NCBI GenBank assembly: GCA_034004805.1
Contig: JAVEVZ010000002.1
Span: forward strand, 1 to 33,355
Length of the DNA stretch: 33,355 nt
Direction: 5' to 3'
From: Spongiibacteraceae bacterium
Lineage (GTDB): Bacteria; Pseudomonadota; Gammaproteobacteria; Pseudomonadales; CAMLJR01
Position numbers and translations under genes: made by a program. Shown here one piece after another: positions 9,549 through 20,878 of this stretch. The notes beneath the pieces were generated by a model, which did no database searches, had not been told where the DNA came from, and was given only the letters and a program-made list of their open reading frames with translations. The first letter of the stretch is position 1. The number at the start of each line of letters is the position of its first letter.

Positions 9549-11255
9549 TCAGGCCTTGGTGGCGGCCTTGGCTGCAGCCCCTTCGATGCGCCGCGTAATA
9601 ATGTATTGCTGGGCAATCGACAGGATGTTGTTCACGACCCAGTACAGCACCAGCCCGGCGGGGAACCAGAGAAAGAAGAACGTGAAGATTACCGGCAGCC
9701 ACTGCATGATCTTGGCCTGCATCGGATCCGGCGGTGGCGGGTTCAGCTTTTGCTGGATGAACATGGACGCGCCCATCAGCAGCGGGAGAATGAAATACGG
9801 ATCCATGCTTGACAGATCGCGTATCCACAGAATCCACGGCGCGTGTCGCAATTCGATACTTTCCAGCAGCACCCAGTACAGTGCGATAAACACCGGCATC
9901 TGCACCAGAATAGGCAGGCACCCGCCCAGGGGATTGATCTTCTCCTTTTTATAGAGATTCATCATCTCCTGGGATTGCTTTTGCTTGTCGTCAGCGTAGC
10001 GCTCGCGCATCTCCATGAGCTTGGGTTGCACTCGGCGCATATTGGCCATGGATTTATAGGCAGTGGCGTTGAGCTGGAAGAACAGCAGTTTGACCATCAG
10101 GGTCACCAGGACGATGGCCCAGCCCCAATTGCCCACCACGCCATGGAACCAGGTCAACAAGGCAAATAAAGGCTGCGCGATCCACCATAGAAATCCGTAG
10201 TCAACGCTCAGTTCGAGGCCGGGAGAAATCTGCTCAAGGCGCTCCTGATCCTTGGGGCCCACATACAGTTTTACGGCGAATTCGCCCTGGGATTTGGGTG
10301 CGACGACCAGTCTGCCCGCAGTGAAGCCGATGATATTGGTGCCGTCGCGCATGTGCGCGGTGCGGTAGTTGTATTCGGCGTCCGGCGCGGGTATCCATGC
10401 CGACAGAAAGTAGTGCTGCAGCATGGCCACCCAGCCACCCTGCTGGGTCTTCTGGTATTTTTTCTCAGCGATGTCGGAAAAGCTGATTTTCTGAAACGGT
10501 TTGTCCGCACTGGTGGTTGCCGCGCCCAGGTAGGATGACATCCCCATTCCCATCCCCGATGACTGCACGCCGGGATCTTTGCTGCTGTCGCGATTGAGTT
10601 GGGCAAAGGGCGTGGCGGCGTAGGGCTCGTCGCTGGTGTTCTCGACGATATAGCGGACGTTGATCAGGTAGTCGCCGCGGGTGAACTCGAAGCGTTTGGT
10701 GATGCGCAGTCCATCCTGCTCGAACAGCAGATCGACCTGCAGTTGATCGGTGCCATCGGCCAGGCGATAGTCGGATTTGGCGCTGGTATAGGCGGCCCGC
10801 TGCTGTTTGGTGTCGGGGCCGCGTTCGCCGAGCAAACCACTCTGGGCGATATACGTGCGCGCATCGCCATTTTCCAGCAGCACAAACGGCACGTCCGAGT
10901 TATTGAGCTTTGCCAGATGCTGGGGCAGCGCCGCGAACACAACGTCACCCCCGCGGGTATCGATGCCGATCTCCAGGGTGTCGGTGGTCACCTTGACCAG
11001 GCGCTGGACTGCCACCGCTTCGGGGCGCGGCGCTTCGGCAGCCGGCAGTGTCGGCAGATCCTCGTTGGCCGGGGCAGCCGGTGGGATCTCGACGTTTGGC
11101 ATTGCTTCGGCGTCGGCCGGGCGGTCGCGTTGGGTCTGATAACGGGAGGCGGTCGCCGAATCCTTGTGTTGATCCTGGAACTGCACCCACTCGGTCAGCA
11201 GCATGAAGGAGAGCAGCGCGATAGCGCCGATCAGCAGGTAGCGTTGCAGATCCAT
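9549..11255 (-). CDS. yidC: Membrane protein insertase YidC
   Basis: 568-aa ORF. N-terminal TM, large periplasmic domain, conserved C-terminal core (YGFLWWIAQPLF..., KSMANMRRVQPKLMEMRERYADDKQKQSQEMMNLYKKEKINPLGGCLPILVQMPVFIALY). Lies 3 nt downstream of... i.e. its stop at 9549 is 3 nt from the mnmE start. Confidence 0.97.
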   Translation of the reverse strand: MDLQRYLLIGAIALLSFMLLTEWVQFQDQHKDSATASRYQTQRDRPADAEAMPNVEIPPAAPANEDLPTLPAAEAPRPEAVAVQRLVKVTTDTLEIGIDTRGGDVVFAALPQHLAKLNNSDVPFVLLENGDARTYIAQSGLLGERGPDTKQQRAAYTSAKSDYRLADGTDQLQVDLLFEQDGLRITKRFEFTRGDYLINVRYIVENTSDEPYAATPFAQLNRDSSKDPGVQSSGMGMGMSSYLGAATTSADKPFQKISFSDIAEKKYQKTQQGGWVAMLQHYFLSAWIPAPDAEYNYRTAHMRDGTNIIGFTAGRLVVAPKSQGEFAVKLYVGPKDQERLEQISPGLELSVDYGFLWWIAQPLFALLTWFHGVVGNWGWAIVLVTLMVKLLFFQLNATAYKSMANMRRVQPKLMEMRERYADDKQKQSQEMMNLYKKEKINPLGGCLPILVQMPVFIALYWVLLESIELRHAPWILWIRDLSSMDPYFILPLLMGASMFIQQKLNPPPPDPMQAKIMQWLPVIFTFFFLWFPAGLVLYWVVNNILSIAQQYIITRRIEGAAAKAATKA

Positions 11256-11264
11256 AAGCCAGTG

Positions 11265-11507
11265 TTACTCGATGTCTTTTGCGGAGTTGTCGGGAATATC
11301 AGGGACCGGGTCCAGGCCCCCCTCGCACCAGGGATGGCATCTTAACAGGCGGCGCGCGGCTAACCAGCTTCCGCGACAGCTGCCGAAGCGCTGGATTGCC
11401 TGTACGGCATATTCCGAGCAGGTCGGATGAAACCGGCAATGGGGCCCCAACAATGGGCTGATACACCATTGATAGCCGCGCAACAGGCCGATGAACAGGG
11501 CCTTCAT
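11265..11507 (-). CDS. yidD: Membrane protein insertion efficiency factor YidD
   Basis: 80-aa ORF with [31 protein letters not shown]...RLLRCHPW. The ATG overlaps the rnpA stop (ATGA). Confidence 0.93.
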   Translation of the reverse strand: MKALFIGLLRGYQWCISPLLGPHCRFHPTCSEYAVQAIQRFGSCRGSWLAARRLLRCHPWCEGGLDPVPDIPDNSAKDIE

Positions 11508-11887
11508 GCCGGGCTGTCCTGCTGAATGCGGCGCTCGGCTTTGGCAGCCAACTGTTGAAACAGCTGCTGCAGTTGCCGGTGCAGGGTTGCATGGTCCAGG
11601 TTTGCGACGCCCTTGCGCCCCAGCACAATGATATCCACGGGGGGCAGGGTTGCGGCCACGTGGCGGAACTGTTCGCGACTGATACGTTTTACGCGGTTAC
11701 GGTCCACTGCGCGCCTGGCATGCTTGCGGCCAATGACCAGTCCCAGGCGCGCTGCCGGGCGATCCGAAGGGGTGGCGAGCAGCAGCAGTTCCGGGGTTGA
11801 GACCTTGAACACCGCGCGGTCGAACACCGGCTGGTAATCAGCCGCTGTGAGCAGGCGCTGGGATTTATCGAAACCTGAGGGGACCAT
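11504..11887 (-). CDS. rnpA: Ribonuclease P protein component RnpA (start uncertain; in-frame alternatives at 11920 and 11956)
   Basis: The ORF track gives 11504..11956 (150 aa). The conserved part begins [17 protein letters not shown] and includes the RNR motif [18 protein letters not shown]. coli and Pseudomonas RnpA have about 5 residues before the equivalent Phe, which fits the ATG at 11887 (MVPSGFDK...). None of the three candidate starts has a good Shine-Dalgarno sequence. Confidence 0.88.
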   Translation of the reverse strand: MVPSGFDKSQRLLTAADYQPVFDRAVFKVSTPELLLLATPSDRPAARLGLVIGRKHARRAVDRNRVKRISREQFRHVAATLPPVDIIVLGRKGVANLDHATLHRQLQQLFQQLAAKAERRIQQDSPA

Positions 11888-12119
11888 CGCCGAAGGGGGC
11901 GGTGTCGGCTGCTCGGACATAATGGCGGCTGCCCTGGTGGCGGGGCTCACGATCATCAGTGTGGGTACGCGCTGCGCCCTCCCCCAGCTGCTGGCCGTCG
12001 CGGCGCCGGCAGGGCGTCCACCCGCCGGTCATCACTGGTATCCAGGAATAACGGCCCACCGTCACAATCACGCCACTGTCGGGCAACGGCGCTCTCGTGT
12101 GCTTGCGGGCCGGAAAACC

Positions 12120-12254
12120 TTACGCAGAGAGACGCTTGCGGCCTTTGGCGCGGCGGCGGGCCAGGACCTTGCGGCCGTTGACAGTGGCCATGCGGGCACG
12201 GAAGCCGTGGTTGCGCTTGCGCTTGATATTGCTGGGCTGAAAAGTGCGTTTCAT
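12120..12254 (-). CDS. rpmH: 50S ribosomal protein L34
   Basis: Too short for the ORF track. The reverse complement from 12254 reads ATG AAA CGC ACT TTT CAG CCC AGC AAT ATC AAG CGC AAG CGC AAC CAC GGC TTC CGT GCC CGC ATG GCC ACT GTC AAC GGC CGC AAG GTC CTG GCC CGC CGC CGC GCC AAA GGC CGC AAG CGT CTC TCT GCG TAA = [44 protein letters not shown]. Confidence 0.96.
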   Translation of the reverse strand: MKRTFQPSNIKRKRNHGFRARMATVNGRKVLARRRAKGRKRLSA

Positions 12255-12357
12255 GATGCTGGTCACCGCTAGGGCCCACCGGGAGTCGGGGGCTTAAACA
12301 GGGCCGCGCATTCTAGGGGATTTGCCGGGCTGGCGCAACGCAGGATTCAGTACCGTG

Positions 12358-12497
12358 TTATCCACAGGTTTGTGGATAGGTTATTCACAATTATTACGCG
12401 ATTGGAAAGATTCGCCAGGTATCAATGACATGTTTTTTAACCCTTTGAAAATATTGGGAATACCTGACTCATTCGAGCAGGCTAAGCATGTGGATAA
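12358..12497. other. DnaA-box cluster plus AT-rich tract in the rpmH-dnaA intergenic region (best oriC candidate and/or dnaA autoregulatory region)
   Basis: Perfect TTATCCACA at 12358-12366. Inverted tgtggatag (8/9) at 12371-12379. ttattcaca (8/9) at 12381-12389. Perfect TGTGGATAA at 12489-12497. A further ttatccatg overlaps the dnaA start at 12731-12739. AT-rich stretch at about 12381-12480. All genes to the left are on the minus strand, and the genes to the right are on the plus strand through 23714. Confidence 0.6.
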
Positions 12498-12736
12498 CCG
12501 TGTTCAGCGAGGGTACAATGCGCGCCTGGCGCTGCAGTGGCAGCGAAATGGCAGTACAGGAATGGCATCGAAGGCCGCATAAGGGCGTGAGTGGAAGGTC
12601 TTAATAAAGGCCCTGATAAAAAGCATCAAAGGTCAGCCCGTCGCCAGCCCGAAGGTATCCCGGCCAACTGATAACGCGATTAGTGGGATACCGGCGTCAT
12701 GCTGGCGATCGACAAGTGAGCCTCTATTTATTATCC

Positions 12737-14131
12737 ATGACTATGAGTAGGTCCCTGGGGAACAGTTTGCCGGAATCAGCCTGGAACAGATGCATGGATT
12801 ACCTTCAGGATGAACTGCCAGCCCAGCAGTTCAATACCTGGATACGTCCCCTGCAAGCCGAGATCAACGGCGGCGATCTGCGTCTGTTGGCGCCCAACCG
12901 CTTTGTCAAAGATTGGGTCAACGACAAGTTTTTGGCCCGTATCCGTCAACTGCTCGATGAAGCGGGTGCAGAGCGCGGCATCAATGTTGTGGTCGATGTC
13001 GGCTTGCGCCATGCAGTGGCTCAGCCGCAGCGACCGGTGGCGACCGGCCCGAGCACTGCACCGCCGGCGGCAAGACCCGCGCGGACGGTAGTGGAAGGCA
13101 GTGTGCGCCACGAGAGCTTTCTGATCGAAAGCTACAGTTTCGATACCTTCGTGGAAGGCAAGTCCAATCAGCTGGCGCTGGCCGCGGCCCACCAGATAGC
13201 CGAGAACCCCGGCGGCTCCTATAACCCCCTTTTCCTCTATGGTGGCGTGGGCCTGGGCAAGACCCATTTGATGCATGCGGTGGGCAACCACCTGATCGCC
13301 AACAAGCCCGATGCCAAGGTGGTCTACCTGCATTCCGAGCGCTTTGTCGCCGATATGGTGAAGGCGCTGCAGCTCAACGCCATCAACGAATTCAAGCGCT
13401 TTTACCGGTCGGTGGATGCGCTGCTGATCGATGATATCCAGTTCTTCGCCGGCAAGGAGCGCTCCCAAGAGGAGTTTTTCCATACCTTCAATGCGCTGCT
13501 GGAGGGTGGCCAGCAGATGATCCTCACCTGTGATCGCTACCCCAAGGAGATCAACGGGCTGGAGGAGCGCCTCAAATCGCGGTTTGGCTGGGGGTTGACC
13601 GTCGCCGTGGAGCCGCCGGAGCTGGAAACGCGGGTCGCCATCCTGATGAAGAAGGCGGAGCAAAGCGGCGTTGAACTGCCCCCCGACGCTGCGTTTTTTA
13701 TTGCCCAGCGCGTGCGCTCCAATGTCCGTGAGCTAGAAGGCGCGCTGAAAAGAGTGATAGCGAGCGCTCACTTCACTGCCCGGCGAATCGATATTCCGTT
13801 GATCAAGGATTCGCTCAAGGATCTGCTGGCGCTGCAGGACAGGCAGGTCAGTCTGGACAATATCCAGCGCACGGTGGCGGAGTACTACAAGATCAAGATG
13901 GCGGACCTGATGTCCAAGCGGCGCAACCGCTCGGTCGCCCGCCCCCGCCAGGTGGCGATGGCGCTCTCCAAGGAGCTAACCAACCACAGCCTGCCGGAAA
14001 TTGGTGACAGTTTCGGTGGTCGCGACCACACCACCGTGCTGCACGCCTGTCGCAAGGTCAAGGAGCTGCGCGAGGCCGATGCGGATATCCGCGAAGACTA
14101 CCAGAACCTGTTGCGCTCCCTGACCACCTGA
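12737..14131 (+). CDS. dnaA: Chromosomal replication initiator protein DnaA
   Basis: The ORF track starts at GTG 12683. I prefer the ATG at 12737 (MTMSRSL...), which gives a normal N-terminus ahead of [19 protein letters not shown]+ core [21 protein letters not shown], box VII, and C-terminal DNA-binding helix ([42 protein letters not shown]). Confidence 0.97.
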   Translation: MTMSRSLGNSLPESAWNRCMDYLQDELPAQQFNTWIRPLQAEINGGDLRLLAPNRFVKDWVNDKFLARIRQLLDEAGAERGINVVVDVGLRHAVAQPQRPVATGPSTAPPAARPARTVVEGSVRHESFLIESYSFDTFVEGKSNQLALAAAHQIAENPGGSYNPLFLYGGVGLGKTHLMHAVGNHLIANKPDAKVVYLHSERFVADMVKALQLNAINEFKRFYRSVDALLIDDIQFFAGKERSQEEFFHTFNALLEGGQQMILTCDRYPKEINGLEERLKSRFGWGLTVAVEPPELETRVAILMKKAEQSGVELPPDAAFFIAQRVRSNVRELEGALKRVIASAHFTARRIDIPLIKDSLKDLLALQDRQVSLDNIQRTVAEYYKIKMADLMSKRRNRSVARPRQVAMALSKELTNHSLPEIGDSFGGRDHTTVLHACRKVKELREADADIREDYQNLLRSLTT

Positions 14132-14189
14132 TTGCAATAATCGTTTACAGTCAAGCTTTTGCCGCCTCAACCCTGATGAGACCCAGGAC

Positions 14190-15296
14190 ATGAAATTTTC
14201 CGTAGCCCGCGATGCCCTGTTGAAGCCGCTCAATCTCGCCGCCGGTGTGGTGGAGCGACGCCAGACATTGCCCATACTTGCCAACGTACTCCTGGAGCTC
14301 GAAGGCAAATCCCTGTCCATAACCGGCACAGATCTCGAGGTGGAACTGGTCGCGCGACTGGAACTGGCTGAGCCCGCCTGCAGTGACGGCCGCTTGACCG
14401 TCCCGGCGCGCAAGCTGGTCGACATCTGCAAGTCCCTGCCGGAAGGCAGCGAGCTACAGTTTTCCGGCGAAGAGGACCGCTTGGTGATCCGCTCCGGTCG
14501 CAGCCGATTTGCCCTGTCGACGCTGAGCGCCAGCGACTTCCCTACCGTGGAAGACAGCAAAGACGGGCAGCCGTTGACGGTTAAGCAGGGGGATTTGCGA
14601 CGCTTGATCGACCGCACCAGTTTCGCTATGGCGCAGCAGGACGTGCGTTACTACCTGAACGGGATGCTGTGGGAAGTGGGGCCGCAGATGCTGCGCCTGG
14701 TGGCCACTGACGGTCATCGCCTGGCGCTTTGCACGCTGGAGGGCAGCTTCCCGGTGGAGGCGGCGCGCCAGGTGATCCTGCCGCGCAAAGGCGTCGTCGA
14801 GTTGTCACGGCTGCTGACCCAGGAAGACGGTGATGTGGAGCTGATTATTGGCAGCCACCATTTGCGTGCCAATACCGGGCCTTTCACCTTTGTATCCAAG
14901 CTGGTGGATGGCAAGTTCCCGGATTATGAGCGGGTGCTGCCCAAGGCCAGCACGAAGACCCTGTTCGGGGTGCGAGAGGATCTGCGCCACGCCTTCGGGC
15001 GTACTGCCATACTGTCCAATGAGAAATACCGCGGGATCCGGCTGGTGCTGACCGACGACAGCCTGCAGATAGTCGCGACCAATCCCGAGCAGGAAGAAGC
15101 CGAGGAGACCGTAGCGGTTGAATATCAGGGCGAACGGCTCGAGATTGGCTTCAATGTCAGCTATCTGCTGGATGTGCTCAATGTTCTGTCCGATACGCGG
15201 GTCAAGTTTTCTCTGTCCGACGCCAACAGCAGCGCGTTGATAGAAGAGGCCGAAACCGGCGACTCGGTATACGTGGTCATGCCGATGCGGCTGTAG
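14190..15296 (+). CDS. dnaN: DNA polymerase III beta sliding clamp
   Basis: 368-aa ORF: MKFSVARDALLKPLNLAAGVVERRQTLPILANVLLE..., ending ...VYVVMPMRL. Canonical position after dnaA. Confidence 0.97.
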   Translation: MKFSVARDALLKPLNLAAGVVERRQTLPILANVLLELEGKSLSITGTDLEVELVARLELAEPACSDGRLTVPARKLVDICKSLPEGSELQFSGEEDRLVIRSGRSRFALSTLSASDFPTVEDSKDGQPLTVKQGDLRRLIDRTSFAMAQQDVRYYLNGMLWEVGPQMLRLVATDGHRLALCTLEGSFPVEAARQVILPRKGVVELSRLLTQEDGDVELIIGSHHLRANTGPFTFVSKLVDGKFPDYERVLPKASTKTLFGVREDLRHAFGRTAILSNEKYRGIRLVLTDDSLQIVATNPEQEEAEETVAVEYQGERLEIGFNVSYLLDVLNVLSDTRVKFSLSDANSSALIEEAETGDSVYVVMPMRL

Positions 15297-15357
15297 GCCT
15301 GGCATGACCAGAACAAGGCGCCGCCCTGCCCTGCTATCTTTTTGCTAGCCCGCTATC

Positions 15358-16488
15358 GTGCGCCTCGATCAGTTACAGCTCACCAATTTTCGCGTCTTCG
15401 ACCGGCTCAGTGTGCAGGGCTTCGCCAGACTGAATGTGCTCCATGGCGCCAACGGCAGCGGCAAGTCCAGTCTGCTGGAAGCGCTCTATCTGTTGAGTCT
15501 TGGGCGCTCCTTCCGCACCCATGATCCCAAGGCCATGATTCGCGACGGCGCTGCGGCCTGCACGGTGTCTGGCGTTTTTCTGGACAGCAACGGCCCACTG
15601 AGTGTCGGGGTCGAGCGCTATCGCAGCGAAGCCAAGCCCCGTGTGCGGGTGAACGGCGAGAGCCAGACACGGCTTAGCGCCCTTGCCCAGCGCGTGCCCA
15701 TGCGGGTGCTCGATTCACAGAGCCTGGAATTTATCGCCTCAGGTCCCGGCGCGCGCCGCAGTTTTTTGGATTGGGGTGTGTTCCACGTGGAACACGCGTT
15801 TCAGCACCACTGGCAAGCCGCGCGCCACGCCCTCAAGCAGCGCAATGCGCTACTGAGAAGTGGTAGAATCAACGCCGTTGAGCTCGGTGCGTGGGAGCAT
15901 CGCCTGGCACAAGAGGCGGCGATACTCGACGACTACCGGGCGGCGTTTTGTGAGACCTTGGTGGGACTTACCGCTACGCTGCTCTCTGAGCTGTCTCCGG
16001 TGCTGGCCGCACAGGAGCCTGCACTTGCCTATCGTCGCGGGTGGCCTGCGGATCGTTCGCTGACGGATGTGCTTGCGCAGCATAGACAAAGCGATGTCGC
16101 GCTCGGGCACACGCAGCTGGGTCCCCACCGCGCTGACCTGCGGGTCACCGTGCACGGTCGGAAGGCGCAGGATGCGCTGTCCAGGGGCCAGCAGAAGCTG
16201 CTGGCAGTTGCTTTGTATCTGGCGCAGATACAACTGGTGGAGCGCCATAGCGGGAAGCCGCTGATCGTGCTGGTGGATGACCTGGCGGCAGAGTTGGACC
16301 GGGAGCACCGGACCGCGGTGATTCGCAGTCTTTCAGCACAAGGTGATGATCGCCAACTGTTTATCAGTGGCACCGATATTGAATTGCTGGCGGCCGATCT
16401 GGCTGCCGCCGGCAACGAAGAAGCCAGGTTGTTCCACGTGGAACATGGCCAGGTGACCCCGCAGAAAGATAATGCTGTTATTTTTTAA
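15358..16488 (+). CDS. recF: DNA replication/repair protein RecF
   Basis: 376-aa ORF with a GTG start. Contains LQLTNFRVF, Walker A GANGSGKSSLLEAL, the SMC-like signature LSRGQQKLLAVAL, and Walker B LIVLVDDLAAELD. Confidence 0.95.
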   Translation: MRLDQLQLTNFRVFDRLSVQGFARLNVLHGANGSGKSSLLEALYLLSLGRSFRTHDPKAMIRDGAAACTVSGVFLDSNGPLSVGVERYRSEAKPRVRVNGESQTRLSALAQRVPMRVLDSQSLEFIASGPGARRSFLDWGVFHVEHAFQHHWQAARHALKQRNALLRSGRINAVELGAWEHRLAQEAAILDDYRAAFCETLVGLTATLLSELSPVLAAQEPALAYRRGWPADRSLTDVLAQHRQSDVALGHTQLGPHRADLRVTVHGRKAQDALSRGQQKLLAVALYLAQIQLVERHSGKPLIVLVDDLAAELDREHRTAVIRSLSAQGDDRQLFISGTDIELLAADLAAAGNEEARLFHVEHGQVTPQKDNAVIF

Positions 16489-18930
<2,442 letters not shown>

Positions 18931-19103
18931 TATCCGTTTTGTGTCGTTGTGCAGTTGCATCGCGATAAAATGTCGCCGGTTCACGGGTTTTGGTTAAAAA
19001 TCAAACACTTACAGACATGCCGCGCGTTGAGCAACAGGGTTTGGGGCGCATCGTCCGCACCATGGAAGCACGGGCTACCGGGCATTTTCACGAGGTGCTG
19101 GTC

Positions 19104-19508
19104 ATGAAAGCGAGTTGTCTATGTGGTGGTGTCAGGTTTGAGATTGATGGTGAATTCCAATACGCGGGCTATTGCCACTGCAGCGAGTGCCAGAAGTTTT
19201 CCGGCTCGGCCAATTCGGCTTTCGGTGGTTTGCGTAAAGAACAGCTGAGCGTGGTGCAGGGCCAGGCGCTGATGCGTTACTACGTCAAGTACCCCGGCTC
19301 GCATGTCGCATTTTGCGGCCGCTGTGGATCCTGTCTGCTCAATGAAAAAATCGCGTGGGAAACAACGAATATCCGCCTGGGATTGCTCGATGACCCAACA
19401 GCGGTGGCGCCCAGCTTTCATGTGTATGTGGGCTCCAAAGCCCCCTGGCATCACTGGCAGGATGATCTGCCCAAATTTGATGAGTTACCTGATCAGCCAC
19501 TGACTTAG
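19104..19508 (+). CDS. GFA / CENP-V family zinc-binding protein
   Basis: Cys pattern CLCGGVRF ... CHCSECQKFSGSA ... FCGRCGSCL, typical of the glutathione-dependent formaldehyde-activating (GFA) fold. I prefer the ATG at 19104 (GAGG about 8 nt upstream) over the track's 18990 start. Confidence 0.8.
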   Translation: MKASCLCGGVRFEIDGEFQYAGYCHCSECQKFSGSANSAFGGLRKEQLSVVQGQALMRYYVKYPGSHVAFCGRCGSCLLNEKIAWETTNIRLGLLDDPTAVAPSFHVYVGSKAPWHHWQDDLPKFDELPDQPLT

Positions 19509-19537
19509 CGGGCCAGGCAGAGTGCTCGCGGACTTGC

Positions 19538-19826
19538 TCAGATAATGCGAGCCGCCCTCGCGGCCAGGTAGAGAAGAATCGCACCTGACGCGAACACCGT
19601 GATGCGCTCCGCTTCCCTTTCCAATGCGTGATTATCGAACCGAATCGGCCCGACGGCGCACCAGCTACGCAGCAAGAGCCGGCGCGGGGCCAGGAAACGA
19701 TGGAATCGCAGATTCCATGGCCCCGGCGATACCGGCAATAAAAGGCGCCCCCCAGCAATCCGCGACGCCGGGCGTCACGGCGCCGTTTTTCTCTGGACTT
19801 GCACGGGCGGTCAGTTTTATGGTCGC
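19538..19826 (-). pseudogene. Decayed N-terminal (thioredoxin-fold) fragment of a YfcG/Nu-class glutathione S-transferase
   Basis: The minus-strand frame ending at 19538 reads ...AVGPIRFDNHALEREAERITVFASGAILLYLAARAARII*. As I recall it, the Nu-class GST motif in E. coli YfcG is ...IPAIVDH...PLSLFESGAILLYLAEK. A different frame upstream (19826->19665) reads TIKLTARASPEKNGAVT..., resembling the GST beta1/PNG start, but no start codon is left. The C-terminal helical domain is missing because the GFA gene occupies that space. Confidence 0.4.
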
Positions 19827-19855
19827 CTGAGGACCCCACTGCCCAGGACACCGCC

Positions 19856-20185
19856 ATGGCAACGCATCACGCATCCCCCTTTGAAATCGTCGATCTTGAG
19901 AGCTGGGCCGATGATCTCCCCAGGGAAAAGACCAAGGTCGTTGCCAAGACACCGGACATGGAACTGGCGCGGCTGGTTATCGGCGCCGGCGAGCGGTTTC
20001 CGGATCACCGGGTGACCGGGCCTATTGTTGTGCATTGCGTGGAAGGCGAGATCGAGTTCAGCGCCGGCGACGAGACAAAAACGCTAAAGACGAATCAACT
20101 GTTGTATCTGCAGCCCGGCGTGCCCCACTCGCTGCGTGGCATAAAAGCTTCGGTGGTGTTGCTGACGATCGTTTTCAAGCACTGA
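19856..20185 (+). CDS. Small cupin-domain protein
   Basis: 109 aa from the ATG at 19856. Single cupin barrel pattern: FPDHRVTGPIVVHCVEGEIEFSAGDETKTLKTNQLLYLQPGVPHSLRG. Confidence 0.7.
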   Translation: MATHHASPFEIVDLESWADDLPREKTKVVAKTPDMELARLVIGAGERFPDHRVTGPIVVHCVEGEIEFSAGDETKTLKTNQLLYLQPGVPHSLRGIKASVVLLTIVFKH

Positions 20186-20270
20186 CCCGCCACGCCTGCT
20201 GGGTCTGGCAAAGCACAGATCGGTGGGTCACGTGAGGTATTAAGCGGCGTGCCAGCCGGTGGATCAACAG

Positions 20271-20741
20271 ATGACTATCGAACACACCTATAACTTCAAA
20301 CGCATGAGTGAGCGGGTTGATACCGCGGGCGCACTGAATGAAACCATCCTCAGGCAACTGGGGGATTACGGTTATCAGGTCGTGATCAACCTGCTTCCCG
20401 ATAGCAGTGACCATGCCGTAGACGCAGAGGCGTCGCTCGTGTGCGAGCAGGGCATTGTCTATGAATATATTCCTGTCGACTTTTCAGCGCCATCCCGGGA
20501 TGACTACGCACAGTTTTCAAAGCTTCTTTCGCTTTATTCAAGCCGGAAGGTGCTGGCACATTGTGCGGCGAACTACCGGGTTTCCGCGTTTTACGCGCTC
20601 CATGCCTACCAGCAGCTTGGTTGGACACAGGATCAGGTTCATGGACTGATTGACGCGTTATGGACGCTTTCACCTCTCGATCAGAACCCCGCCTGGGCAG
20701 CGCTTGTCTCTGACATTCTGGCTGCGCCCAGGCCAGCCTGA
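20271..20741 (+). CDS. Protein-tyrosine-phosphatase-like / DUF442-like small protein with atypical active-site loop
   Basis: 156 aa from the ATG at 20271 (GGTGGA 8 nt upstream). The layout VDTAGALNETILRQLGDYGYQVVINLLPD ... VLAHCAANYRVSAFYAL resembles the phosphatase-like DUF442 fold, where HC-x4-R-[ST] is the P-loop. This assignment is by pattern only. Confidence 0.5.
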   Translation: MTIEHTYNFKRMSERVDTAGALNETILRQLGDYGYQVVINLLPDSSDHAVDAEASLVCEQGIVYEYIPVDFSAPSRDDYAQFSKLLSLYSSRKVLAHCAANYRVSAFYALHAYQQLGWTQDQVHGLIDALWTLSPLDQNPAWAALVSDILAAPRPA

Positions 20742-20762
20742 CCAATCCACACTCACGCCTTT

Positions 20763-20786
20763 TTTTTCCGGATCTTTTTCCGGATC
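20763..20786. repeat. Perfect tandem duplication (TTTTTCCGGATC)x2 upstream of the DUF2868-like gene
   Basis: Read directly from the sequence: tttttccggatc at 20763-20774 and again at 20775-20786. Each unit contains the palindrome TCCGGA and a GATC. Confidence 0.9.
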
Positions 20787-20878
20787 GCAACAGGTCTGCT
20801 CTAGCTCGGCAGCCGTTACTATAGTGGCGCGGGCGTTTGCGGCCGCGGTTCCCGTGTTCAGGACGGAAAGGATATTCA

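Noticed and set aside
12322-12582. 86-aa plus-strand ORF in the rpmH-dnaA spacer.
   Set aside because: It spans the DnaA-box/AT-rich region and starts with a non-ATG codon. It has no ribosome-binding site and no recognisable fold, so it is most likely non-coding origin or promoter DNA.
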